A DNA stretch of 64,000 bases from an archaeon (GTDB lineage Archaea > Iainarchaeota > Iainarchaeia > Iainarchaeales > GCA-2688035): the NCBI GenBank assembly GCA_035290965.1, contig DATDTD010000071.1:48155-112154 (forward strand), in the 5' to 3' direction. The notes under the pieces are model-generated. The model worked only from the letters and a program-made list of their open reading frames with translations. It was not told the origin of the DNA and searched no databases. Position numbers and translations under genes: made by a program. Below, piece after piece: positions 1-9,215 of the stretch (the first letter of the stretch is position 1; every line of letters begins with the position of its first letter).

Positions 1-680
1 TCGGTTATTACTAACAAATCAGTTCTACTGCCTACTCCCGGTGCGGCTTCAGAATTTTTCTTTGCTTTAAAAACCAAGAAAAGCGCTTTCTCAAAATCAA
101 GATTGGGCGAATATCCTTCTGAAATCAAAGTATTAATTGCATGTATGTTCCCTATTCCTATTGCTTGAAATCCTATCTGGTTATTTTCTATAGGCTTGCC
201 TGCTTGGTTAATAGTATACAAGTGAGTTCCTTCTTCATCTATGCCCGCAAGAAGCAATTCAACACCCAAGTTAAAAGTTTCGACATCTTGATTTAGTTTG
301 AATGCTATTTCCGGAATCAAGTTTCTCATTTGTCCGCCTCTGTAAAACTCTTCCATGTCTAACTTCTTTGGCTTAAAAATAAATTCATTTATTACTTCCA
401 TCCTTTTCTCTATGACTATTTCTTGCAATCTATTAGCAATCTCTTCAACAGTGCTGGTTTCTCCAACTGAGGCTTTCAACTTTTTTTTAAATTCTTGCTG
501 TAAAACAGTAGTCCCCGCAAGCAGCATTATTGTTCTCTCAGTTATCTCGCAAAACTTTTTACTATCATGTTCAAATTCAACATTATAGCTACCAAAATTG
601 CCAGTAATTAAATGATCTGACGCTGCAATTATAACTTCTTTTCCATCCAATTTACATATCGAAGTAATACAAATAGTCAT
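1..680 (-). CDS. hypothetical protein, C-terminus beyond window start. Possible Ntn-hydrolase-like fold, unverified.
   Basis: Manual reverse translation from the ATG at 680..678 gives an uninterrupted frame to position 1 (MTICITSICKLDGKEVIIAASDHLITGNFGSYNVEF...). It is not in the ORF track because it runs off the edge. Confidence 0.45.
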   Translation of the reverse strand, partial: MTICITSICKLDGKEVIIAASDHLITGNFGSYNVEFEHDSKKFCEITERTIMLLAGTTVLQQEFKKKLKASVGETSTVEEIANRLQEIVIEKRMEVINEFIFKPKKLDMEEFYRGGQMRNLIPEIAFKLNQDVETFNLGVELLLAGIDEEGTHLYTINQAGKPIENNQIGFQAIGIGNIHAINTLISEGYSPNLDFEKALFLVFKAKKNSEAAPGVGSRTDLLVIT

Positions 681-835
681 GTTCTCTTCAAAATTGGCAT
701 TAGAAAAATTGATAAATCCAGCACCATTACTGCAATTGTCGAAAATGAGTTTTCAGCAAAGCCATCACAGGAACTCAGAGCAACGGAAAAGAACAATTCA
801 AGACAACACAAGTTTTGGGTTCAGGAAAACCCTAA

Positions 836-2167
836 ATGATTTATATAAGTTTAATCAAATTAATTGTTGGTGTTGCCTTGGGAAAACAGAATCTTGCGTA
901 TTCAGGCTTTATTGACATTGGCTATAAGCCTTCTCCAAAAGACCTTGTTGCGGAATTTTTTCTGGAAAAAGGCAGAGGGGTTTCTTTCAGGGAAGCTGCG
1001 CAGGCAATTGCATCGGAATCAAGCATCGGCACATGGACGGAAATTTCCACAATGAAACCCGAAATAAAAAAAAGCCTTTCTCCAAAAATATTTGAAATGC
1101 GCCCTTACAGCGGAACAGTAAAAATCGCTTATCCAATGGAACTGTTTGAAAAGGGAAACATTCCCCAATTGCTTTCAAGCATTGCGGGAAATATTTTTGG
1201 AATGAAGGAAGCCAAAAACCTGCGCCTTGAGGATATTAATTTTCCCGACGAATACATCAATGCATTCAAGGGACCGAAATTCGGAATCGCAGGAATAAGA
1301 AAAACACTTAACATTTACAACAGGCCGTTGTTGGGCACAATAATAAAGCCGAAACTCGGATTGAATCCAGAAGAGCATGCAAAGGTTGCTTTTGAGGCAT
1401 GGCTCGGAGGCTGCGATTTAGTTAAAGATGATGAAAACCTTACAAGCATGGCTTTTAACAATTTTGAAAGGCGTGTAAAGGAAACTTTGAAAATGCGCGC
1501 AAAAGCAGAGAAAATGACTGGAGAAAGAAAGGCTTACATGGCAAATGTCTCTGCTCCTTACAAGGAAATGGTGCGCAGGGCAAAATTTTTGAAAAAGCAG
1601 GGCAATGAATACGCAATGGTTGACATTGTCTCTATTGGATGGAGCGCCTTGCAGGAACTGCGCAATGAAGAGCTCGGATTGATTCTGCATGCGCACCGCG
1701 CAGGGCACGCTGCCTTTACAAGAAATCCCAAGCACGGAATTTCAATGCTTGCAATTGCAAAGCTATGCAGATTATGCGGACTGGACCAGCTGCATATTGG
1801 CGCAATTTTCGGAAAAATGACTGGTGCAAGGTTTGAAGTGCAAAAAATCGGCGAAGAAATAGAGCACAGAATAGTCAGGCCGAGCATCGGGGGGCACGTG
1901 CTTGCTGAAAACTGGCTTCATTTAAAGCCAATGCTTGCTGTTTGTTCGGGAGGACTGCATCCTGCAAAAGTTCCCGGGCTTGTGAATGCGCTTGGAAAAG
2001 ATATTGCTATACAAATGGGCGGAGGAATTCACGGGCACCCAATGGGAACAATGAAGGGCGCAACCGCGGCAAGGCAGGCAATAGAAGCAGCAGTCCATAA
2101 AATTCCCTTGCACGAATTTGCAAAAAACCATTTTGAACTCCAAGCAGTTTTGAGGCAATGGAAATAA
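836..2167 (+). CDS. rbcL: ribulose-1,5-bisphosphate carboxylase/oxygenase large subunit, form III (archaeal) type. The true start may be the in-frame TTG at 878.
   Basis: Carbamylation/catalytic KDDE motif (LVKDDENL). RuBisCO C-terminal signature GGLHPAKVPGLVNALGKDIAIQMGGGIHGHPMG. Length ~440 aa. A TATA-like TTTATATAA lies at 839-847, inside the ATG-836 model. Confidence 0.85.
   Translation: MIYISLIKLIVGVALGKQNLAYSGFIDIGYKPSPKDLVAEFFLEKGRGVSFREAAQAIASESSIGTWTEISTMKPEIKKSLSPKIFEMRPYSGTVKIAYPMELFEKGNIPQLLSSIAGNIFGMKEAKNLRLEDINFPDEYINAFKGPKFGIAGIRKTLNIYNRPLLGTIIKPKLGLNPEEHAKVAFEAWLGGCDLVKDDENLTSMAFNNFERRVKETLKMRAKAEKMTGERKAYMANVSAPYKEMVRRAKFLKKQGNEYAMVDIVSIGWSALQELRNEELGLILHAHRAGHAAFTRNPKHGISMLAIAKLCRLCGLDQLHIGAIFGKMTGARFEVQKIGEEIEHRIVRPSIGGHVLAENWLHLKPMLAVCSGGLHPAKVPGLVNALGKDIAIQMGGGIHGHPMGTMKGATAARQAIEAAVHKIPLHEFAKNHFELQAVLRQWK
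839..847 (+). promoter_or_regulatory. candidate archaeal TATA box (TTTATATAA) about 30 nt upstream of the in-frame TTG at 878
   Basis: Sequence motif only. Implies a short-leader transcript for the RuBisCO gene. Confidence 0.3.
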
Positions 2168-2192
2168 AATTGTTTTTGCCCAAACTGTTTTT

Positions 2193-2504
2193 ATGGCAGC
2201 AGATTTTTCAAAAAGAGTCTGGAAACTTATTGCAAAAATCCCGCGCGGAAAAGTTTCCACTTACAAGGAAATTGCGCGCGCACTCGGAAATTCAAAGGCG
2301 GCGCGCGCAGTGGGAAATGCATGCAATGCAAATCCTTTTGCCCCAAAAGTTCCCTGCCACAGGATAGTGGGAGCATGTGGAAGGCTGGGAGGATACGCAA
2401 AGGGCGCAAAAGAAAAAGCGCGTTTGCTGGAAAAAGAAGGCATTGAAATTAAAAAAAGCAGAATACAAAACTTTGAAAAGTTTTTTTTCAGGTTTGAAAA
2501 ATAA
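2193..2504 (+). CDS. ogt: methylated-DNA-protein-cysteine methyltransferase, stand-alone C-terminal DNA-binding/active-site domain (103 aa)
   Basis: Active-site PCHR(I)V motif (VPCHRIVGA) within the MGMT helix-turn-helix domain (STYKEIARALGNSKAARAVGNACNANP). Confidence 0.75.
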   Translation: MAADFSKRVWKLIAKIPRGKVSTYKEIARALGNSKAARAVGNACNANPFAPKVPCHRIVGACGRLGGYAKGAKEKARLLEKEGIEIKKSRIQNFEKFFFRFEK

Positions 2505-2530
2505 AAATTATTTTTTGTTTCTTTTTATTT
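2470..2530 (+). terminator. oligo-T tract after the ogt-like gene (archaeal-type terminator)
   Basis: Several T5-T8 runs immediately after the stop codon. Confidence 0.3.
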
Positions 2531-2874
2531 CATTTTTTGCGCTTTGGTTTCCTGTATTTATAGCCACGCCATCTTCTGTCCTCATAAAGCATGCCGGAAT
2601 ATTTAGGAGAATGTACGCGCGGATTCGCGCCAAGCCCAACCACGCGGCCCAATCGCTTTCGTTTGTCTTCGAGAAGATTTACAAAATCGCTTAAACTTTC
2701 AACATGCCGCTGGCTTTTAAGTCTTTCACGCGGTTGAAAAAAGCGAATGCTTTGCATATCCGGGCCCGCAAAAACTTGGCCCCTGGATACAGGCGGAGTT
2801 ACACGCCTGTTGGCATGTTTTTTTGGATTCCATTTTTCGCCTGGTTTTGGGCGGGATCGTTTTCGTGCTGGCAT
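2530..2874 (-). CDS. hypothetical highly basic small protein (114 aa). Uncertain whether it is real.
   Basis: ORF in a locally GC-rich patch between the convergent ogt-like and carB genes. Lys/Arg-rich termini (…KYRKPKRKK). No recognisable family. Confidence 0.25.
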   Translation of the reverse strand: MPARKRSRPKPGEKWNPKKHANRRVTPPVSRGQVFAGPDMQSIRFFQPRERLKSQRHVESLSDFVNLLEDKRKRLGRVVGLGANPRVHSPKYSGMLYEDRRWRGYKYRKPKRKK

Positions 2875-2927
2875 GCAATTTCACTAACATAACTAAGCCT
2901 ATTTGTAATATTTAAAGTTAATTGAAT

Positions 2928-5900
2928 TCATTTTCCAAAGTATTCCTGCCAGTGCTTTATTTCGAATTCTTTTCCGCCTGTTTTTTCAAGGCTGCGGATG
3001 AACAGCTTTGCAAGCTGCTTGTTTGTAATCAATGGAACGTTAAAATCAACTGCGGAACGCCGCAGGGCATACTGCTTTTCAAGCTGTTTCCTGTTGAATT
3101 CCTGCGGAATGCAGATTACAAGGTCGAGAAGGCCTTTTCTCAAAAAAGTTGCAGTGTTGGGCTCTTTTTTTTCATGCTCCTTGAAAACCATTCTGCAGGG
3201 AATTGCATTTTTTTCGAGAAATTTCTGCGTGTGCTCTGTTGCGAACAATGCAAAGCCACGGTTTTTCAGAACTCGGATTTCCTCAAGCAAATCCTTCCTG
3301 TTTTCATCCCCGCTGATGCTTACAAGAATGTTTTTTTCAGGCATTGAAAAACCAGCCGCAATAATGCTTTTGAGAAAAGCGTCCTCAAAGCTTGTTGAAA
3401 GGCACGCCACTTCTCCTGTAGAAGCCATTTCAACCCCAAGAAGAGGGTCTGCCCCCTTTAGCCTGCTGAAGGAAAACTGGGGAGCTTTAACGCCCACAAA
3501 ATCAAGCTCGGGAAACTCTTCAGGCTTCAGGTTTTTTTCACCCATTACTGCCTTTGTGGCTGTTTCAATAAAATTCTTCCCGGAAATTTTTGAAACAAAG
3601 GGAAAGCTCCTGCTTGCGCGCAGGTTGCATTCAATTACCTTTACCTCATTCTGCTTTGCAATGAACTGAATATTGAAGGGGCCGTTAATCTCAAGCTTCT
3701 GCGCGATTTTTTCCCCTATTTCAAGAATCCTGTTCTTTGTTGCGGGATAGGTTTTCTGCGTAGGGAGGACAATTGTCGCGTCTCCGCTGTGCACGCCGGC
3801 ATTTTCAACATGCTCGCTTACTGCATAAACAAGAAGCCTTCCGTCCTGCGCAACTGCATCGAGCTCTAACTCCCTTGCATTCACAATGAATTTGCTCATT
3901 ATTACAGGATGTTCCGGAGAAAGAGCGGTTGCCTTTTTCAGGTATGAAATCAGGTCTTTTTCATTGAATGCAACGCTCATTGCGCTTCCGCTCAAAACAT
4001 AGCTCGGGCGCACCATAACCGGAAAGCCCACCTTGTTTGCAAAAACCACTGCATCTTTTTCAGCTGAAAGCTCTTTCCATTCAGGCTGGTCAATTCCCAA
4101 AGAATCGCAGAGAGCGCTGAACTTGTGCCTGTCCTCTGCAATGTCGATTGTTTCTGCTTTTGTGCCTAAAATTCTTGCGCCGGCTTTCTGAAGCTTCAAA
4201 GCAAGATTGTTCGGGATTTGCCCGCCCATGCTAATGATTATTCCTTCGGGATTTTCCTTTTCATAAATGTCAAGCACTCTTTCAAGGCTGAGCTCTTCAA
4301 AATAAAGCTTGTCGCAGATGTCATAGTCAGTGCTCACTGTTTCAGGATTGAAATTAAGCATTATTGTTTTTTTTCCGAGCTTTTTCAAGGCCTGGATTGC
4401 TGTTACAGAGCACCAGTCGAATTCAACGCTGCTTCCGATGCTGTAACTGCCGCTTCCCAAAACCAGGACCTGGTTTTTTTCTCCAAAGGAAATGTCGCTT
4501 TCAATTGCATTATAGGTTGCGTACAAATAGTTTGTCTGCGCGGGAAATTCAGCTGCAAGAGTGTCAATCTGCTTTATGAAAGGCAGAATCCCTAACTGCT
4601 TTCTTTTTTCCCTTACAACAAGCTCATCTTCACTCCCTGAAAGAATTGCAATCTGCTTGTCGCTGAAACCGAGTTTTTTTGCCTTCAGGAGCAATTCTTT
4701 TTCAATTCCCCTTTCCTTTACCTGTTCTGATGTTGCTATTATGTTTTTTATTTTTTCAAGGAACCATTTGTCTATTTTTGTGAGCGAATGGATTTTTTCA
4801 ATGCTCCAGTTTTTCTGGATTGCCTTTGCAATTGCAAAAAGCCTTTCATCGTTTGGGACTGAAATTTTTTTTTCAAGCCCCTTGAATTCAATGTTGTTTG
4901 CAATAAGGCCATACATTCCAATGTTCAGCATTCTCACTGCCTTCTGGACTGCCTCTTCAAAAGTCCTGCCTATTGCCATTACTTCTCCCACGCTTTTCAT
5001 TTCAGTTCCAATCAGATGATTTGCTTTCTTGAATTTTTTCAAATCCCAGCGCGGCATTTTTACTACAATGTAATCAAGAGCAGGCTCAAAGCACGCCTTT
5101 GTTTTTTTTGTAATGCTGTTTTCAAGCTCGAGAAGGCTGTGCCCCAAGCTGAGCTTTGCGGCAACAAATGCAAGCGGATAGCCTGTTGCTTTTGAGGCAA
5201 GCGCACTGCTCCTGCTTAATCTCGCGTTTACTTCAATAACCCTGTAATCAGAACTTTTTGTGTCAAGCGCAAATTGTATATTGCATTCTCCAACTATTCC
5301 AAAGTGCCTTATTGCCTTTATTGAAAGTTCGCGGAGCATGTGATATTCGCTGTTTGAAAGAGTCTGGCTTGGGGCGACAACAATGCTTTCTCCTGTGTGA
5401 ACTCCTAAAGGATCGAAGTTTTCCATGTTGCATACAGTAATGCAGTTGTCATTGACATCCCTTACAACTTCATATTCTATTTCCTTCCAGCCTGCAAGGC
5501 ATTCTTCAACAAGAAGCTGCGGGCTGACTTTGAAGGATTGTTCCGCGAGCTTTTTAAGTTCTTCCAGATTGTTTGCAAATCCGCTTCCTTTTCCTCCGAG
5601 CGCAAAAGCAGCTCTTACAATTACAGGAAAACCTATTTTGCTTCCTGCAGAGAGGGCTTCTTCAAGGTTTTTTGCGGGAATGCTTTTCGGAACATTTATT
5701 CCGATTTTCCGGAGTTCAAGATTGAACAATTCCCTGTCCTCTGTTTTCCTGATTGCATCAATCTGTGTCCCAAGAACCTTTACATTGTGCTTTTCAAGAA
5801 CTCCAGAATCATGCAGAGCAAGCCCGCAATTGAGGGCTGTCTGCCCTCCGAAACCAAGAAGAATTGCCTCTGGCTTTTCTTTTTCAATTATTTTTTCCAC

Positions 5901-6071
5901 AAACTGCGCGTTCACTGGCAGAAAATAAATTTTGTCTGCAAAGCCCGAGCTTGTCTGGATAGTAGCAATATTTGGATTGACAAGGACTGTCTCAATTCCT
6001 TCTTCCTTGAGAGCTTTTATGGCTTGAGAACCGGAGTAGTCGAATAGACGGTCTAATGGTTTAACAACCAA
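2928..6071 (-). CDS. carB: carbamoyl-phosphate synthase large subunit
   Basis: 1047 aa. Two ATP-grasp halves (…GGQTALN…, …EVNARLSRSSALASKATGYPLA…) and a C-terminal MGS-like domain. Confidence 0.95.
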   Translation of the reverse strand: MVVKPLDRLFDYSGSQAIKALKEEGIETVLVNPNIATIQTSSGFADKIYFLPVNAQFVEKIIEKEKPEAILLGFGGQTALNCGLALHDSGVLEKHNVKVLGTQIDAIRKTEDRELFNLELRKIGINVPKSIPAKNLEEALSAGSKIGFPVIVRAAFALGGKGSGFANNLEELKKLAEQSFKVSPQLLVEECLAGWKEIEYEVVRDVNDNCITVCNMENFDPLGVHTGESIVVAPSQTLSNSEYHMLRELSIKAIRHFGIVGECNIQFALDTKSSDYRVIEVNARLSRSSALASKATGYPLAFVAAKLSLGHSLLELENSITKKTKACFEPALDYIVVKMPRWDLKKFKKANHLIGTEMKSVGEVMAIGRTFEEAVQKAVRMLNIGMYGLIANNIEFKGLEKKISVPNDERLFAIAKAIQKNWSIEKIHSLTKIDKWFLEKIKNIIATSEQVKERGIEKELLLKAKKLGFSDKQIAILSGSEDELVVREKRKQLGILPFIKQIDTLAAEFPAQTNYLYATYNAIESDISFGEKNQVLVLGSGSYSIGSSVEFDWCSVTAIQALKKLGKKTIMLNFNPETVSTDYDICDKLYFEELSLERVLDIYEKENPEGIIISMGGQIPNNLALKLQKAGARILGTKAETIDIAEDRHKFSALCDSLGIDQPEWKELSAEKDAVVFANKVGFPVMVRPSYVLSGSAMSVAFNEKDLISYLKKATALSPEHPVIMSKFIVNARELELDAVAQDGRLLVYAVSEHVENAGVHSGDATIVLPTQKTYPATKNRILEIGEKIAQKLEINGPFNIQFIAKQNEVKVIECNLRASRSFPFVSKISGKNFIETATKAVMGEKNLKPEEFPELDFVGVKAPQFSFSRLKGADPLLGVEMASTGEVACLSTSFEDAFLKSIIAAGFSMPEKNILVSISGDENRKDLLEEIRVLKNRGFALFATEHTQKFLEKNAIPCRMVFKEHEKKEPNTATFLRKGLLDLVICIPQEFNRKQLEKQYALRRSAVDFNVPLITNKQLAKLFIRSLEKTGGKEFEIKHWQEYFGK

Positions 6072-6139
6072 AAAGACTTTCGCCCGCTTCCCCGATTTTC
6101 AAGGCACCGCTTCCAAGAATCAATACCTTTTTTGGCTTT

Positions 6140-7354
6140 TCAATAGGCTGTCACCTCTTTTATTTTCCAGATTATTGCCCGGTTAGGGGCTGTTTTTCCA
6201 ATTTGTTCCACAAGATTCTTTACTTCAAGCTGTTTTAATTTCTTTAATGTTTTTTGAACGCTGAAGTTTAGTTCATTAGCAATTCCTGATGTGGATGCGG
6301 AATTTCTTTTAAGGCATTCTATTATTTTTTGTCTAAATCTGTTTTCTTCATGCTTAGTGTATTTCGTTGCTTTAGTGGCAAGTTTTTCTAGTTTCAAAAA
6401 CTTTTTGCCTGAGCACAGCCCGATGTTTTGATAAAAATTTGTGATACTATACTGGTCTGTAATATTTAGGTACATTACGCAGTGTCGCCCGTCAACTTTA
6501 GTATAATACCTTGAAATAAGCGGTTCCCCTGCGTTAATATCGAATTCTTTTAACAACTCTTTTATCTGGCTTAAAAGCATCCTTAAAGAATCTGCAATTG
6601 ATTCATGCCTTGTTTGATAAAGATTAACTCCCTTTGCCCTAAATGATTTCGAATACATTACCGAACCGTCATCATCAAATATTGCTTTGAGGAAAGCCTT
6701 TTTGCAGGGCTTGCTGCCGTTCATAATCCAGGCAGGAACCAAATTTTTATTATAAATTTTGGGGGCTTGTGGAGCGCCAAATTGCAGCAGTATTTCGCCG
6801 ATTATCGAGGGATACCCTATCCGCGTGTTATTTTTTGTATAGGGCTTAATCCCAAACTGTTTCTCAACCAGTTCTTCAACCTCACACAGCAGTAAACTGT
6901 TTGTGTTGCTATATTCAAACTGCCTTCTTCTTGAACAAACAAACCCATCTCCAAAAACATGCCCAACCAATGAAGCAATATCCTCGTTTCCAGTTATTGG
7001 CAATTTTGTTTTTAATGAAAGCCCGGCACGTGTTTTTATCTCTTTAATATTTTTTTCAACCAGCTCCAGATTCAAATTTGCAAGTTCTGAGAGTTTAACC
7101 AATATTTTTTTAGGAATCGAATATTCAGACCTTTTCAGGCAGATGACAAAAGGATATGAAACCCCTAATTTTTCTGCAAGCGCATAATAATTTCCATTGC
7201 TCGCCTTTTCAGCAAGTTCTTTGCAAAATTGTTCCTCAAGAATGAATCTTGCAGAATCTGATAATTCCCAGAAATGCATTGTCTTTTGCATAGTTCTAAA
7301 TAATATTTTTTTTATTTTAAAACTGTTTCGGGACAGCAGATTTCCGCTAATCAT
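6140..7354 (-). CDS. free-standing LAGLIDADG-type homing-endonuclease-like protein with N- and C-terminal HTH/winged-helix domains
   Basis: Two LAGLIDADG-like motifs (LVGHVFGDGFV and LKAIFDDDGSV). N-terminal HTH (YALAEKLGVSYPFV), C-terminal wHTH. Its start overlaps the carA stop (ATGA). Confidence 0.65.
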   Translation of the reverse strand: MISGNLLSRNSFKIKKILFRTMQKTMHFWELSDSARFILEEQFCKELAEKASNGNYYALAEKLGVSYPFVICLKRSEYSIPKKILVKLSELANLNLELVEKNIKEIKTRAGLSLKTKLPITGNEDIASLVGHVFGDGFVCSRRRQFEYSNTNSLLLCEVEELVEKQFGIKPYTKNNTRIGYPSIIGEILLQFGAPQAPKIYNKNLVPAWIMNGSKPCKKAFLKAIFDDDGSVMYSKSFRAKGVNLYQTRHESIADSLRMLLSQIKELLKEFDINAGEPLISRYYTKVDGRHCVMYLNITDQYSITNFYQNIGLCSGKKFLKLEKLATKATKYTKHEENRFRQKIIECLKRNSASTSGIANELNFSVQKTLKKLKQLEVKNLVEQIGKTAPNRAIIWKIKEVTAY

Positions 7355-8439
7355 TTTTTTCCCTCTGCTATTTTCAAAAACTTGTCAAACAAAAAACCCG
7401 TATCCAAAGGCCCGGGATTTGCTTCTGGATGGAACTGCACGCTCATGAATGGCTTTGTTTTGTGCCGTATTCCCTCGTTTGTTCCGTCATTCAGATTTCT
7501 GAACCAGGGTTCCCATTCCTCTGAAAGTTTTTTTTCGTCAACTGCAAATCCGTGGTTCTGGCTTGTAATAAAGCATTTTTCCGTTCCCACAACAGTGCAG
7601 GGCTGGTTCTGGCTCCTGTGCCCGTATTTCAATTTGTAAGTGTCTGCTCCCGCGGCAAGAGCTAAAATCTGGTTTCCCAAACAAACGCCAAAAACAGGCT
7701 TTGAATATTCAAGGGCTTTTTTTATTGTTTCAATTGTAGCAGTGCATTGTTTGGGATCGCCAGGACCGTTGCTTATCATTATTGCGTCAAAATCAATTTT
7801 GCCGTTGAACAAATCAAAATCCCAGGGCACCTTGATTACTGAAGCGTTTCTTTCCAAAAGGCAGCGCACAATGCTGTTTTTTGCCCCGCAGTCAATGAGC
7901 GCGATTTTTACACCGCTGTTCTCATGAAAAATAGGTTCTCTGCAACTGACGTCAGCCACAAGGTTTTTTTTGTTAGGATCATTAAAAACTATTTCTTCGC
8001 CATCGAGCACAATCTTTCCTAACATTACTCCTTTTTCGCGGAGTTTTTTTGTGAGCGCCCTGCAGTCAATGCCAGTGATTGCGGGAATTTTTTCCTCGCG
8101 AAGCCATTCCTGAAGGGATTTTTCAGAGTTCCAGTGATTATGCTCAAAGCTGTAATCAGAAACAATCAATCCTTGTGCATGAATCCTGCTGCTTTCAAAG
8201 TTTTTTTCAAGATTGGATTCAAGGGCTTTGCCGGGAACACCATAATTTCCTATCAAAGGGTAGGAACAAACAAGAATCTGCCCCTCGTAACTCGGGTCTG
8301 TAAGGCTTTCAGGATAGCCCACCATTCCAGTGTTGAAAACAACTTCCCCTGAAATGCTTTTTTCAAAGCCAAAAGAAATTCCTGAAAAAACAGAAGAATC
8401 TTCCAAAACAAGTTTAATGCTTTTTTCTTGTTGCCGCAT
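7351..8439 (-). CDS. carA: carbamoyl-phosphate synthase small subunit (glutamine amidotransferase)
   Basis: Class I GATase triad region (GVCLGNQILALAAGA…HG) and the CPSase small-subunit N-domain. Confidence 0.93.
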   Translation of the reverse strand: MRQQEKSIKLVLEDSSVFSGISFGFEKSISGEVVFNTGMVGYPESLTDPSYEGQILVCSYPLIGNYGVPGKALESNLEKNFESSRIHAQGLIVSDYSFEHNHWNSEKSLQEWLREEKIPAITGIDCRALTKKLREKGVMLGKIVLDGEEIVFNDPNKKNLVADVSCREPIFHENSGVKIALIDCGAKNSIVRCLLERNASVIKVPWDFDLFNGKIDFDAIMISNGPGDPKQCTATIETIKKALEYSKPVFGVCLGNQILALAAGADTYKLKYGHRSQNQPCTVVGTEKCFITSQNHGFAVDEKKLSEEWEPWFRNLNDGTNEGIRHKTKPFMSVQFHPEANPGPLDTGFLFDKFLKIAEGKK

Positions 8440-8636
8440 TCTAAAAAAGGATTAATCACACAAACAGTTTAAAATAGTTTCCAGAATGCGGGGCACTGTA
8501 ATACAAACACCGAACAAAACAAGAGTAAGACAGGCTGCAAGTAAATCGCGCTTTCTCAGCAAGAGTGATTACGACAAAAAACGACAGCAAAGCAAAGTTT
8601 ATTAACTACAAAAACGCTAAATAAAATTGATTATGA

Positions 8637-9200
8637 ATGAAAAAAGGCTTTCTATTAATCATTTTTTTTAGCTTGCTTTTTTTGCCTGGCGCTTTTGCTA
8701 GCTACGGTATGATCTGTAATAGCAGTGCTCCGATTTTGTTGGTGGTGCAAAGTTATTCTTTTGTAGATGGAAATTTTTCTGTTAAACTGTTTAACAACAC
8801 TAACACAGATATTACTGTTGTTTCAACCCAGCCCCAAGGGGCTTTGGTTTTGGAGAGCGCTTCTAGCGGGCTAATTAAAAAAAATGAATTAATTAGCATT
8901 AGTGGAAAATACCCTCACAGAGAGATAAACGAAAACATTTTGTTATCTTATTTAAATCAAGCGGGAGAAAAAAAAGAATTAACTCTTAATTGCAGAGGAA
9001 GCGACCCAGATGTTGTAGATTCTGGAAACATGGCAAATTTTGTATTTCTCGCTTTAACTATCTTTTTCTTTGTGTCAAGTCTAATTTTAATTTGGTACGG
9101 ACAGAAAAAAGGAAAACCAACAATTAGAGCAATTGGAATTATATTGTTCTTATTTTTTTTATTAGCGCTGTTTCTTCTCCTCGTGCCCGTGCAGCCTTAA
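8637..9200 (+). CDS. small exported/membrane protein: signal peptide, extracellular domain, two C-terminal TM helices
   Basis: N-terminal hydrophobic leader (MKKGFLLIIFFSLLFLPGAFAS). C-terminal hydrophobic stretches. Convergent with protease gene A. Confidence 0.5.
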   Translation: MKKGFLLIIFFSLLFLPGAFASYGMICNSSAPILLVVQSYSFVDGNFSVKLFNNTNTDITVVSTQPQGALVLESASSGLIKKNELISISGKYPHREINENILLSYLNQAGEKKELTLNCRGSDPDVVDSGNMANFVFLALTIFFFVSSLILIWYGQKKGKPTIRAIGIILFLFFLLALFLLLVPVQP

Positions 9201-9215
9201 GAAACCAGCAGGTTT

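Noticed and set aside
836-877. ATG-836 as the RuBisCO start
   Set aside because: Not fully rejected. It is retained as the feature coordinate, but the embedded TATA-like box and alignment expectations favour the TTG at 878.
2560-2700. Possible tRNA suggested by the GCGCGGATTCGCGCC hairpin
   Set aside because: I could not assemble acceptor, D, anticodon and T arms into a cloverleaf. The hairpin lacks the TTCRAAT T-loop consensus.
2998-5019. Plus-strand ORFs of 125-223 aa inside carB
   Set aside because: Antisense to carB. No motifs.
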